Shown in pieces: positions 9,753 to 17,542 of a DNA stretch of 35,572 bases. How positions within the stretch are numbered: position 1 is the stretch's first letter; every line of letters starts with the position of its first letter. Under the pieces are notes generated by a model. It worked only from the letters and a program-made list of their open reading frames with translations. It searched no databases and was not told where the DNA came from. Origin of the DNA: Dehalococcoidia bacterium. Lineage in GTDB: Bacteria; Chloroflexota; Dehalococcoidia; GIF9; AB-539-J10. Where the stretch lies: positions 1 through 35,572 of the forward strand of contig DATBWO010000019.1 of assembly GCA_036514775.1 (NCBI GenBank). Direction: 5' to 3'. A program made the translations under genes and the position numbers.

Positions 9753-11375
9753 ATGATGGTAATGTTTGACTTGGAACAATTCGTCATAACTGCTGACAGA
9801 ATCTGGCAAAAGGCACGAGCAGAAAAACGGTTGACTCATAACCCCTCTGATGAGGAATTGAGAAAGCTTGTGGAAAAACAGCCAGGGGTTAGGAAAACGA
9901 TGTATGGCAACTTTGTCGCCCAAAGTGAGCCTACTTCCAGGTCGGCAATGTTTACCAAAAACAGTGTTGACCATACCTTTGGTGAGGATGAACTAAGGCT
10001 ATTAGCTCAGTGTGAAGAGGTTTTGGGCAAGGAAAGATTGATTTCCATAGACAGCATTGTGGGCAATGAAAATAGTAACACCACGGTCAGGTTAATTGTC
10101 TCAGAGCGGTTTGCCCATGTCGCCTATGGAGGCAAGAACCTTTTTATATCCCCGAAGGGGGAAGTCAAAAAGCCGACCTATTACATCTTATTCTTCGCTG
10201 ACAAGGCTTTTGAAACTAACCAGTCAAAGCCGCTCCCCGAGAAAGATATCACTATCAGATTGGCTATGCTGGATGATGGGAGGTTTGTCAAGATAATCAG
10301 GAATGGTAACTACATAGGTGAATATAAGAAAGGGGTTTTCGCCGCTGAGGATTGGGTAGTTAAGACGAGAAGAGGGGGCATCTTCTTGCATACTGGTTGT
10401 AGAGAGGATTACATTCAATCAGTAAGTGGGGACTATCGGATGGCGAGGACGTTGCTCGTGGCATTAAGTGCCAATGGGAAAACAACTACGACCTGTAGAA
10501 TCCTGGCCAGAAAAGGGAAGGAGAAATCCTGGCTCATTCAGGACGACGGGGGAACTCTCATGCCCGATGGTTCCTTTCATGGCTTTGAAGCCGGGGGAAT
10601 ATTTGTCAAAACAGAAGGCGTGAACCCCGGGGAGCAAATCGAAATATTCTACGGACTGTTGAAACCGGAAACTGTCTGCGAGAATGTTTACGTAACCGAA
10701 GACGGAGATTTTGACTTTTACAATTTAGACAGAACTTCCAATGGCCGAGCAGTGGTATTAAGAAGAGATTTCATGCATGCCAGTCGCTATATCGATGTGG
10801 ATAAGATTGACAATCTGGTTCTTATCACCAGGGGGCCACTGATTCCGGCAATATCAAAGCTAACCCGGGAGCAAGCAGCAGCCCTGATGGTTCTGGGACA
10901 GGCAATGGAATCCTCGGCTGGTGACCCAACCCAGGCCGGGAAAATTAGAAGCGAGTTTTTCTATGACCCCTTTGTCGCCGGAGACCTGGCTGAGCATGCT
11001 AATATATTTTATGAGATAATAAAAGGTATTCCCCACCTAAATTACTATTTGATAAATACTGGAGGGATAGGAGAAGGGGAACGTTACAAAGATATAAGAT
11101 TAGAATTTACCATGGCAATACTCGATTCTCTACTAAGAGGGGGGTTAGAGGATTGGGCAGATTCCCCCACGGGCTTTAAGGTGCCTAAGGCGATAAGATA
11201 TGTAGATGATATTTACCTGCATCCTGAGAAACTTTACTCCAGAACTGAGTTTGGAGAAAAGCAAAGGGAACTTAACAAAATTAGATACGAATCCGTGCAA
11301 AAACTGGGAGACTCCTTACATCCTGATATAAGAGGGGTTTTTGGCAAGCCCAACTCCGATAAAATCGGAGTATAG
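9753..11375 (+). CDS. Phosphoenolpyruvate carboxykinase (ATP)-family protein, divergent
   Basis: 540 aa with YIGEYKKGVF (compare GGEMKKG), the P-loop-like LSANGKTTTT (compare GLSGTGKTT), DRTSNGRAVV and INTGGIGEG (compare NTGWxGG). Confidence 0.65.
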   Translation: MMVMFDLEQFVITADRIWQKARAEKRLTHNPSDEELRKLVEKQPGVRKTMYGNFVAQSEPTSRSAMFTKNSVDHTFGEDELRLLAQCEEVLGKERLISIDSIVGNENSNTTVRLIVSERFAHVAYGGKNLFISPKGEVKKPTYYILFFADKAFETNQSKPLPEKDITIRLAMLDDGRFVKIIRNGNYIGEYKKGVFAAEDWVVKTRRGGIFLHTGCREDYIQSVSGDYRMARTLLVALSANGKTTTTCRILARKGKEKSWLIQDDGGTLMPDGSFHGFEAGGIFVKTEGVNPGEQIEIFYGLLKPETVCENVYVTEDGDFDFYNLDRTSNGRAVVLRRDFMHASRYIDVDKIDNLVLITRGPLIPAISKLTREQAAALMVLGQAMESSAGDPTQAGKIRSEFFYDPFVAGDLAEHANIFYEIIKGIPHLNYYLINTGGIGEGERYKDIRLEFTMAILDSLLRGGLEDWADSPTGFKVPKAIRYVDDIYLHPEKLYSRTEFGEKQRELNKIRYESVQKLGDSLHPDIRGVFGKPNSDKIGV

Positions 11376-11449
11376 TAGGACTGCAAGTCTCACACAGTTC
11401 GTGTGGAATTCTGGTGTAGGATAGCTGTAAAACATCGGGAGGACGAGAA

Positions 11450-11818
11450 GTGATAGAGGCCGCTGAACTTTATGAAAGATTGAAGAAGGAGAAAGCAGAG
11501 CTGTTAGAAAAGATAGAACAGTTGAGAGCTCTTGGTCAACCATCGGCAGAGAGAAAGGAAGGCAGTCCATTCGGCAAAAGGGAAGAAGGAGCCGATGAAG
11601 CCTCCGAACTAGAGAAAAGACTGGCCTTGGAAAAAAGGCTGAGAGAGTCTCTTAATGAAGTTGAGCATGCCATAGAAAAATATGAAGCCGGCACTTATGG
11701 ATTGTGTGATTCTTGTGGGCGACCTATAGAGCAAGCTCGCCTTGAAGCCATACCTCAAGCAAGCTTGTGCTTGAACTGCAAGGCAAGCCGCGAAAAGGAT
11801 GTAAAAGGTGCAAGATAA
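11450..11818 (+). CDS. DksA/TraR-family C4 zinc-finger protein
   Basis: Coiled-coil N-terminus followed by CDSCGRPIEQARLEAIPQASLCLNC. GTG start. Confidence 0.85.
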   Translation: MIEAAELYERLKKEKAELLEKIEQLRALGQPSAERKEGSPFGKREEGADEASELEKRLALEKRLRESLNEVEHAIEKYEAGTYGLCDSCGRPIEQARLEAIPQASLCLNCKASREKDVKGAR

Positions 11819-12401
11819 TGGGTCTCCAGGTGAATTGGAAGTCCGTAAAGCAACAGGTTTTGTGGGTGAAGATAAATCAAAAGTTTCTCCAGGCAGGTAT
11901 AGGGGAAAATTAAGGTTATTTCTGATTGTTGTTGCTGTGGTGGTTGTTCTTGACCAACTGAGCAAGCTGTGGGCCAGAGTCAATGTGTCTGAGATATGGA
12001 ACACAGAGCTGTTGCCAGGCTTTCTCGATTTAATTCGCGTTGCAAATACTGGTGCCATTTTTGGTTTGTTTTCCGACTACACCGGGGTTCTCATCGCTCT
12101 AGGCATAGCTGGTTCGGTCATTATCTTGGTATTTCTCTATTACTTTCCCCCAGTTAACAAAGTGGGTGTGGTGTCTTTCGCTCTGATTCTGGGTGGGGCT
12201 GTGGGCAATCTCATAGACCGCATCCGTTTTGGCTACGTAACCGATTTTATCAGTATTCATTTGCGAGATTTTTTCTACTGGTTTCCTTTCAACATCGCTG
12301 ACGCAGCTTTAACGGTGGGTATCTGTATTCTCATTTATTACTTTTGTAAGTCAGGGGTGTTTAGAAAAGCATATGAGCGCAAACACAGCCTCCAAAATTA
12401 A
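11808..12401 (+). CDS. lspA: Lipoprotein signal peptidase II
   Basis: Motifs NTGAIFGL, GGAVGNLIDR and VTDFI, with four TM segments. The start is uncertain (GTG 11808, TTG 11835 or GTG 11862). Confidence 0.88.
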   Translation: MQDNGSPGELEVRKATGFVGEDKSKVSPGRYRGKLRLFLIVVAVVVVLDQLSKLWARVNVSEIWNTELLPGFLDLIRVANTGAIFGLFSDYTGVLIALGIAGSVIILVFLYYFPPVNKVGVVSFALILGGAVGNLIDRIRFGYVTDFISIHLRDFFYWFPFNIADAALTVGICILIYYFCKSGVFRKAYERKHSLQN

Positions 12402-13296
12402 GACGTTGCAATTCAACTCACCTGTTCCTGACATCCGCCTTGATAAGTATTTAACCCAGGTCCTTCCACAATTCTCGCGCGCTTATTTACAGAAATTAAT
12501 TGTGCAAGGTTATGTTCTGGTCAACGGACAAAGAACAAAGGCGAACCAGAGATTAAATAAGGTCGATAGGGTAACGGTCGAGCTTCCTTCTTTACCTGTC
12601 TATCCTGTAGCTGAACCAATCCCTTTAACTATAATTTATGAAGATGAGGACATATTGGTCATAGATAAACCGGCTGGCTTGACAGTCCACCCTGCCCCGG
12701 GGCATCCCAGTCATACTTTAGTCAATGCTGTCTTAGCTCATTATCCCGGCCTGGTCACGGGCAACGAACTGATGCGCCCGGGCATAGTCCACAGACTAGA
12801 TAAAGATACCTCAGGGCTCATAGTTATTGCTAAAAATGACCCTGCCCGGGAATATTTAGCCGCACAGTTCAAAGGCCGTACTGTAACCAAGGGATATCTT
12901 GTCCTTGTTAAAGGGAGGCTATCCCCGGAACAGGGGATAATTGAAGCACCTATCGGGCGAGACCCTCATAATAGGCGAAGGATGGCGATAGTGGAAGCGG
13001 GAAAAGAGGCTAGCACCCAGTATCAAGTCCGGAAATACCTGGATACCTACACTTTAGTCGAAGTCACCCCGCTAACAGGGCGCACACATCAAATTAGAAT
13101 ACACCTGTCAGCTATTGGCTATCCGGTCGTTGGTGACCCCGTTTATGGAATAAAATCGGCTCATATTAACAGGCAATTTATTCATGCCTATCGTCTTGGC
13201 TTTCATCTACCATCAACTAAGCAATACCAGGAATTTACCTCGCCCTTACCTGTGGACTTGGAGCAAGCTTTGGAGTACTTAGCCCGAAATGTCTAA
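12373..13296 (+). CDS. rluD: RluA-family 23S rRNA pseudouridine synthase (RluD-like)
   Basis: S4-like N-terminus (RLDKYL), catalytic HRLDKDTSGLIVIAKN, and GRTHQIRIHL. Overlaps the lspA 3' end. Confidence 0.9.
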   Translation: MSANTASKIKTLQFNSPVPDIRLDKYLTQVLPQFSRAYLQKLIVQGYVLVNGQRTKANQRLNKVDRVTVELPSLPVYPVAEPIPLTIIYEDEDILVIDKPAGLTVHPAPGHPSHTLVNAVLAHYPGLVTGNELMRPGIVHRLDKDTSGLIVIAKNDPAREYLAAQFKGRTVTKGYLVLVKGRLSPEQGIIEAPIGRDPHNRRRMAIVEAGKEASTQYQVRKYLDTYTLVEVTPLTGRTHQIRIHLSAIGYPVVGDPVYGIKSAHINRQFIHAYRLGFHLPSTKQYQEFTSPLPVDLEQALEYLARNV

Positions 13297-13401
13297 CATG
13301 CTTGTGGCATCACTACTCAGATGAAGGGGTGCAGTTTCTGAGCTAGTTCAGATAGATGGGTGACACTTTATATGTTTGTAACGTTGGGTAATAACCTCCT
13401 G

Positions 13402-13495
13402 TGTCATTGCGAGCCCCGACCTGTCGGGGCGTGGCAATCTCTATCCCCAGCAGCCCCACAAGATTGCTTCGTCACTTCCGTTCCTCGCAATGACA
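13402..13495. repeat. 94-bp MITE/REP-like element with perfect 12-bp terminal inverted repeats
   Basis: tgtcattgcgag (13402-13413) and ctcgcaatgaca (13484-13495) are exact reverse complements. Internal hairpin ccccgac-ctg-tcggggc and internal pair gcaatct/agattgc. Related copies lie at 20188, 32551 and 34804. Confidence 0.75.
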
Positions 13496-13535
13496 AAAAA
13501 GAAGTGTCACTACTTAGATGAATGAGCGTAGTCTC

Positions 13536-13564
13536 TTGCAAGGAGAAGCCTTGTCTGGTATGAT
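13536..13564 (+). promoter_or_regulatory. Candidate sigma70 promoter for rplY
   Basis: TTGCAA-17 nt-TATGAT. The -10 ends 12 nt before the ATG, so the SD would sit at the extreme 5' end of the transcript, which lowers confidence. Confidence 0.35.
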
Positions 13565-13576
13565 GGGGGAGATAAA

Positions 13577-14257
13577 ATGGACAAAATAGAGTTGAAGGTT
13601 GCTAAGCGAGGCATTCTCGGTAAAAAAGTCAAGCATTTGCGCCGCCAGGGGATTACTCCGGTGCATGTTTTCGGGCACGGTATCGAGTCTCTAGCACTAC
13701 AGTGCAACACTGGCGAACTCGAACGAGTGTTAGCTCAAGCCGGGCAGACAGGGCTTATTGACCTCAAGCTCGATAAGGAGAAGAAACCAAGGACCGTTGT
13801 GGTTCGCGAATTTGATAGAGATTGGCGGAGGGGACGATTGGTCCATGTGGACTTTTATCAGGTAAGAATGGAGGAAAAGATAAAGTTAGAGATTCCTGTT
13901 GTCTTAGTCGGAGAAGCGCCAGCCCTGAAGTCTAAAGACAATATGCTGGAGCATGCGCTTGAGACTTTGACTATAGAGTGCTTACCGGCAAAAATCCCCG
14001 CTAGCGTAGAAGTGGGTATCAGTTCCCTCACCGAGACCGGGCAAGCGATAAGGGTCAAAGATATCGCCTTAGGTAAAGATATTACTATTCTTAACGATCC
14101 GGAGTTAGTTGTAGTGAAAATTAGTTTCCGACCTGTGGAAAAGATAGAAGAGGTGGTGGTAGAGAAGCCAGCAGAGGCGGTGGAGGAAGCGGTTGAAGCT
14201 CCCGAAGAGGCTGTGCCAGGTGCAGAGAAACCAACAGAGAAGTCAAAAGAAACATAA
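13577..14257 (+). CDS. rplY: 50S ribosomal protein L25 / general stress protein Ctc (long form)
   Basis: N-terminus ELKVAKRGILGKKVKHLRRQGITPVHVFGHG, two-domain length, and an acidic Pro/Glu/Ala C-terminal tail. Confidence 0.9.
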   Translation: MDKIELKVAKRGILGKKVKHLRRQGITPVHVFGHGIESLALQCNTGELERVLAQAGQTGLIDLKLDKEKKPRTVVVREFDRDWRRGRLVHVDFYQVRMEEKIKLEIPVVLVGEAPALKSKDNMLEHALETLTIECLPAKIPASVEVGISSLTETGQAIRVKDIALGKDITILNDPELVVVKISFRPVEKIEEVVVEKPAEAVEEAVEAPEEAVPGAEKPTEKSKET

Positions 14258-14308
14258 TCGGCTGACTTACCTGGCAATTGCTTCTGTATCTATGCGGATA
14301 CACCCGAT

Positions 14309-14337
14309 TTGACAGGCTGGCAAACCCCTGATATAAT
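14309..14337 (+). promoter_or_regulatory. Consensus sigma70 promoter of the tup-moa operon
   Basis: TTGACA (14309-14314), exactly 17 nt, TATAAT (14332-14337). Both hexamers are perfect. Confidence 0.75.
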
Positions 14338-14355
14338 ACCCACGCTTAAGTGTTA

Positions 14356-14468
14356 GCTCTCTCCGAGCTGTCTTGCCTAAAGAAAATCCATGGCAAGCAG
14401 ACGGTGGGCTGAAAAGCCTCGAGGGCACAGATAGAAATGCCTGTGCCTCCCGTGCTTGGAAAGGAGGG
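14356..14468 (+). promoter_or_regulatory. Molybdenum/tungsten cofactor (Moco-class) riboswitch candidate
   Basis: GCTCTCTCCGAGC ... GCCTCCC ... GGAAAGGAGGG resemble the conserved Moco-motif blocks as I recall them. P1 can form between CTCTCC (14359-14364) and GGAGGG (14463-14468). Three internal hairpins: cttgcc/ggcaag, gggct-GAAA-agcct, and gcacag/ctgtgc. It sits upstream of tungstate transport and moaAC genes. Confidence 0.72.
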
Positions 14469-14491
14469 AATATGGAACTTGGTTTTGGGAC

Positions 14492-14522
14492 AGCACCGTT
14501 TTTTATGACGGTGCTTTTTTAT
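14492..14522 (+). terminator. Intrinsic terminator (riboswitch expression platform)
   Basis: agcaccgt-tttttatg-acggtgct, a perfect 8-bp stem followed by TTTTTATT, located ~25 nt after the aptamer and 137 nt before the tupA start. Confidence 0.7.
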
Positions 14523-14658
14523 TCCCGCTTGTTGCTTCCTTATTACCTGCCAGGCGTTTGCTGAACTTAAATTGAGAAGGGGGAAGTAGGGAGCACATTT
14601 AGGGCTTCGGCAATTCATGTCTTGTAAAAAAGGTTCTAAAGATAAAGGAAGATTTTTA

Positions 14659-15570
14659 ATGAAAGGGATTTTGCCTAAGATAGCTTCGATTGTTTTGGTT
14701 TTGACATTGCTCGTAACGGTTCTCGGCGGTACCGGGCGAACAGAACCAGAAGTACTAAGGGGAGCAACCACTACCAGCCTTTACGACACAGGCTTGTGGG
14801 ATTATCTGGAGGACATATTTGAGGAAAGATATAACGCCGACTTGCAGATAACAGCTAAAGGCACTGGTATGGCTTTGCAGTTGGGTAAAAATGGCGATGT
14901 GGATGTGGTTACCGTCCATGACCCCGCTCAAGAGGCAGCATTTATAGCCGGTAACTACTCCGCTACAGCACAAAACTTTAGTGCGGAGCGAGTCACCTGG
15001 GCTTATAACTATTTCATCATCGTAGGCCCGGAAACTGACCCCGCAGGCGTTGGTAACTTGACTGGCAGCCTGGCTCCAGAAGAAGCCTTCGAAAAAATTC
15101 AGATAGAGGGGGCGGCTCACAATGAGACGGTAAAATTCGTCTCTCGAGGGGATAACTCGGGAACTCACGGCAAGGAAAAAGCCATCTGGGCATCAGCCGG
15201 CTATAATTATACAGCGGATATTCAAGGGGAAGGAGCGGCTGCTGGCTGGTATATCGAAGCGGGGACAGGCATGGGGGCAACACTGGTTATGGCTGACGAG
15301 ATGATGGCTTACACCCTGACAGATAAGGGAACCTTCCTGGCTTACCAGGGTGACCTGGATTTGGTACCCTTGGTAGTCGCAGGGGATATTCTGCTCAATG
15401 TCTATGCGGCTATCATCTGCAAAAACGGTAGCCATTATGAGATGGCTAATAATCTGGTAAATTTCCTCAGAGCACCTGATATCCAGGCTTTAATCGCCGG
15501 ATTCGGCGTGCCAGAATATGGAGAATCACTGTTCAACCCTTGGGATCCAGATATTTGCGGGTTGCCCTAA
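14659..15570 (+). CDS. tupA: Tungstate ABC transporter substrate-binding protein TupA
   Basis: Motifs GATTTSLYDTGL (TupA TTTS motif), VSRGDNSGTHGKEK and AYTLTDKGTFLA, with an N-terminal signal/anchor. The ORF is open from 14617, but ATG 14659 follows an AAGGAAG SD. Confidence 0.88.
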   Translation: MKGILPKIASIVLVLTLLVTVLGGTGRTEPEVLRGATTTSLYDTGLWDYLEDIFEERYNADLQITAKGTGMALQLGKNGDVDVVTVHDPAQEAAFIAGNYSATAQNFSAERVTWAYNYFIIVGPETDPAGVGNLTGSLAPEEAFEKIQIEGAAHNETVKFVSRGDNSGTHGKEKAIWASAGYNYTADIQGEGAAAGWYIEAGTGMGATLVMADEMMAYTLTDKGTFLAYQGDLDLVPLVVAGDILLNVYAAIICKNGSHYEMANNLVNFLRAPDIQALIAGFGVPEYGESLFNPWDPDICGLP

Positions 15571-15608
15571 CTATTAGGAGGTGTGACATTCTGGTAATAG
15601 CAGCGATA

Positions 15609-15737
15609 GTGAAGTGTAAGAAGTGCGGTGCTGAGGGCAGGTCAGACTGGAAGTTCTGCCCTAAGTGCGCTGCCAAGATTACCTGCACTGGCAAGTACGA
15701 AGCCTGTGCCAAGAAATCCCGACAGAGTCGGGATTAA
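15609..15737 (+). CDS. Small zinc-ribbon protein (start uncertain; ORF open from 15540)
   Basis: CKKCGAEGRSDWKFCPKCAAKI fits the double CxxC zinc-ribbon pattern, followed by CTGKYEAC. A GGAGG lies at 15577-15581. In-frame candidate starts are ATT 15588, CTG 15591 and GTG 15609. Confidence 0.45.
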   Translation: MKCKKCGAEGRSDWKFCPKCAAKITCTGKYEACAKKSRQSRD

Positions 15738-15752
15738 AGTAGGTAGGAGCAA

Positions 15753-16439
15753 TTGACTGAAATATGGGACGGCCTTACTAAGGCCATAGAACTCTTGATC
15801 TCCCTCGACCCGGAAGTGATGGAGATAGCTGGAAGGTCCTTGACTATTTCGGGGACAGCTTGCGTTCTGGCTTCTCTGATCTGTATACCGCTGGGGAGCT
15901 TAATACACTTCCATCACTTCCGGGGGAAGAGGGCCTTAATAAATATCATCCAGACGCTGTTCACTGTGCCCACAGTCCTTGTTGGCTTGTTTGTTCTGGT
16001 GTTATTTTCCCGGGCCGGGCCACTGGGTTTCTTCGGTATACTTTTTACGCCCCCTGTTATGGTGGTTGGCCAGATGATATTAATCACTCCTCTGCTGCTT
16101 GGTTTCACCATTTCCGCGTTGAACGGTGTAAGCAAGGAGATTGCGGATACTGCCACGTCGCTTGGTGCCAGCGGTTTTCAGACCGCCTGGCTTGTGCTGA
16201 AGGAGGCGAGGTATGCTGTGCTGGCGGCTGTGATAATGGGTTTTGCCAGAGCCATATCGGAAGTCGGATGTGCTCTGATGGTCGGCGGAAATATCAGAGG
16301 AGCCACCAGGGTCATTACCACAGTAATATCATTGGAGGCATCCAAAGGCAACTTAGAGTTGTCAATAGCGCTAGGCATAATTCTTTTATTCCTGGCACTC
16401 ATCATTAACATTGTCCTGAATAGGTTGCAGCAGAGGTAA
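15753..16439 (+). CDS. tupB: Tungstate ABC transporter permease TupB
   Basis: 228 aa and multi-TM, with a TupB-like ABC permease core (LGASGFQTAWLVLKEARYAVLAAVIMGFARAISEVG). TTG start after an AGGAG SD. Confidence 0.88.
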   Translation: MTEIWDGLTKAIELLISLDPEVMEIAGRSLTISGTACVLASLICIPLGSLIHFHHFRGKRALINIIQTLFTVPTVLVGLFVLVLFSRAGPLGFFGILFTPPVMVVGQMILITPLLLGFTISALNGVSKEIADTATSLGASGFQTAWLVLKEARYAVLAAVIMGFARAISEVGCALMVGGNIRGATRVITTVISLEASKGNLELSIALGIILLFLALIINIVLNRLQQR

Positions 16440-16441
16440 TT

Positions 16442-17542
16442 ATGTCTTTAATACAAGTGGCTGGTTTAACCCATACTTATGGTGAACGAGAGGTATTACA
16501 AGACTTGAACCTGAGTATCGGCAGGGGTGAGGTTTTCGCCTTGATTGGCCCGACCGGGGCGGGCAAAACAACGCTCTTACGTATTATAGGCCTGCTGGAA
16601 GTCCCTGGCGCGGGGGAAATCTATTTTGACGGCAAATGCATCCCCCGGTCAGGGAAACAAAGATTGGAAATACGTCGTCGGATGTCATTTATACACCAGA
16701 AACCTCAGGTATTTAATTTGAGCGTCTATGACAATGTTGCCTGTGGCTTAAGATGGAGGGGAGAAAAAAGGAATAGGATTGCTGAGAAAGTTGACCATAT
16801 TCTGGAAATGGTGGGGTTAGAAGGCTATAAGAATAGAAACGGCCGGACGCTTTCTGGAGGAGAGGCGCAGAGAGTAGCTTTAGCCAGGTCCCTGGTGCTC
16901 GAACCCGAGGTGTTGCTATTGGACGAGCCGACGGCTAACCTTGACCCTGTTTCCACAGCAAAGATTGAGCAATTGATTTCATATGTTGCCAGGCAATGCA
17001 ACACTACCATGATAATGGCCACGCATGATATGTCTCAAGGGCAGCAACTCGCTGACAGGATAGGGGTGCTTCTTGCTGGCCGACTTGTCCAAACAGGCAA
17101 TGCCACCGATATATTCCGCTTGCCCCAAAACGAAGAAGTGGCTAATTTTGTCGGTATGGAGAACATCATAGAAGGCATAATAGTTGCCAGCAACGACGGT
17201 ATAGCCACAGTCAATATAAGTGGCAATCCCGATGGGATCGGGATACAGGCAATTTCCAGCTATCCGGTCGGAAAGGAAGTATATGCTTGCATCAGGCCTG
17301 AAGATATCACTTTAGCTTTATCTGGCACCCAGAGTTCGGCGAGGAATTCCTTTCAGGCCAAGGTTACCCGAGTAACTACGCTGGGACCGCTTAGCCGGGT
17401 GGAAATAAATTGTGGCTTCCGATTAATAGCCCTGGTCACCAAAATATCAGTAGAGGAATTGAACTTGCAAGCGGGCAGGGAAGTCTATGCTACTTTCAAA
17501 GCTACCGGCGTGCATATTATGGAAAGGGACTCCAGTCAATGA
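16442..17542 (+). CDS. tupC: Tungstate/molybdate ABC transporter ATPase with C-terminal TOBE/Mop domain
   Basis: Walker A GPTGAGKTT, signature LSGGEAQRVALAR and Walker B LLLDEPTANLD. The C-terminal ~70 aa (NSFQAKVTRV...YATFKATGVHI) look like a TOBE oxyanion-binding domain. Confidence 0.9.
   Translation: MSLIQVAGLTHTYGEREVLQDLNLSIGRGEVFALIGPTGAGKTTLLRIIGLLEVPGAGEIYFDGKCIPRSGKQRLEIRRRMSFIHQKPQVFNLSVYDNVACGLRWRGEKRNRIAEKVDHILEMVGLEGYKNRNGRTLSGGEAQRVALARSLVLEPEVLLLDEPTANLDPVSTAKIEQLISYVARQCNTTMIMATHDMSQGQQLADRIGVLLAGRLVQTGNATDIFRLPQNEEVANFVGMENIIEGIIVASNDGIATVNISGNPDGIGIQAISSYPVGKEVYACIRPEDITLALSGTQSSARNSFQAKVTRVTTLGPLSRVEINCGFRLIALVTKISVEELNLQAGREVYATFKATGVHIMERDSSQ

Noticed and set aside
14346-14771. 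141-aa minus-strand ORF across the tup leader
   Set aside because: It covers the promoter, riboswitch, terminator and the 5' end of tupA. No SD or domain is visible, so it is better explained as non-coding leader plus tupA.
15860-16408. 182-aa alternative-frame ORF inside tupB
   Set aside because: It is on the same strand as tupB but out of frame. The Cys/Gly/Arg-rich translation looks nonsensical, while the tupB frame gives a clean multi-TM ABC permease.
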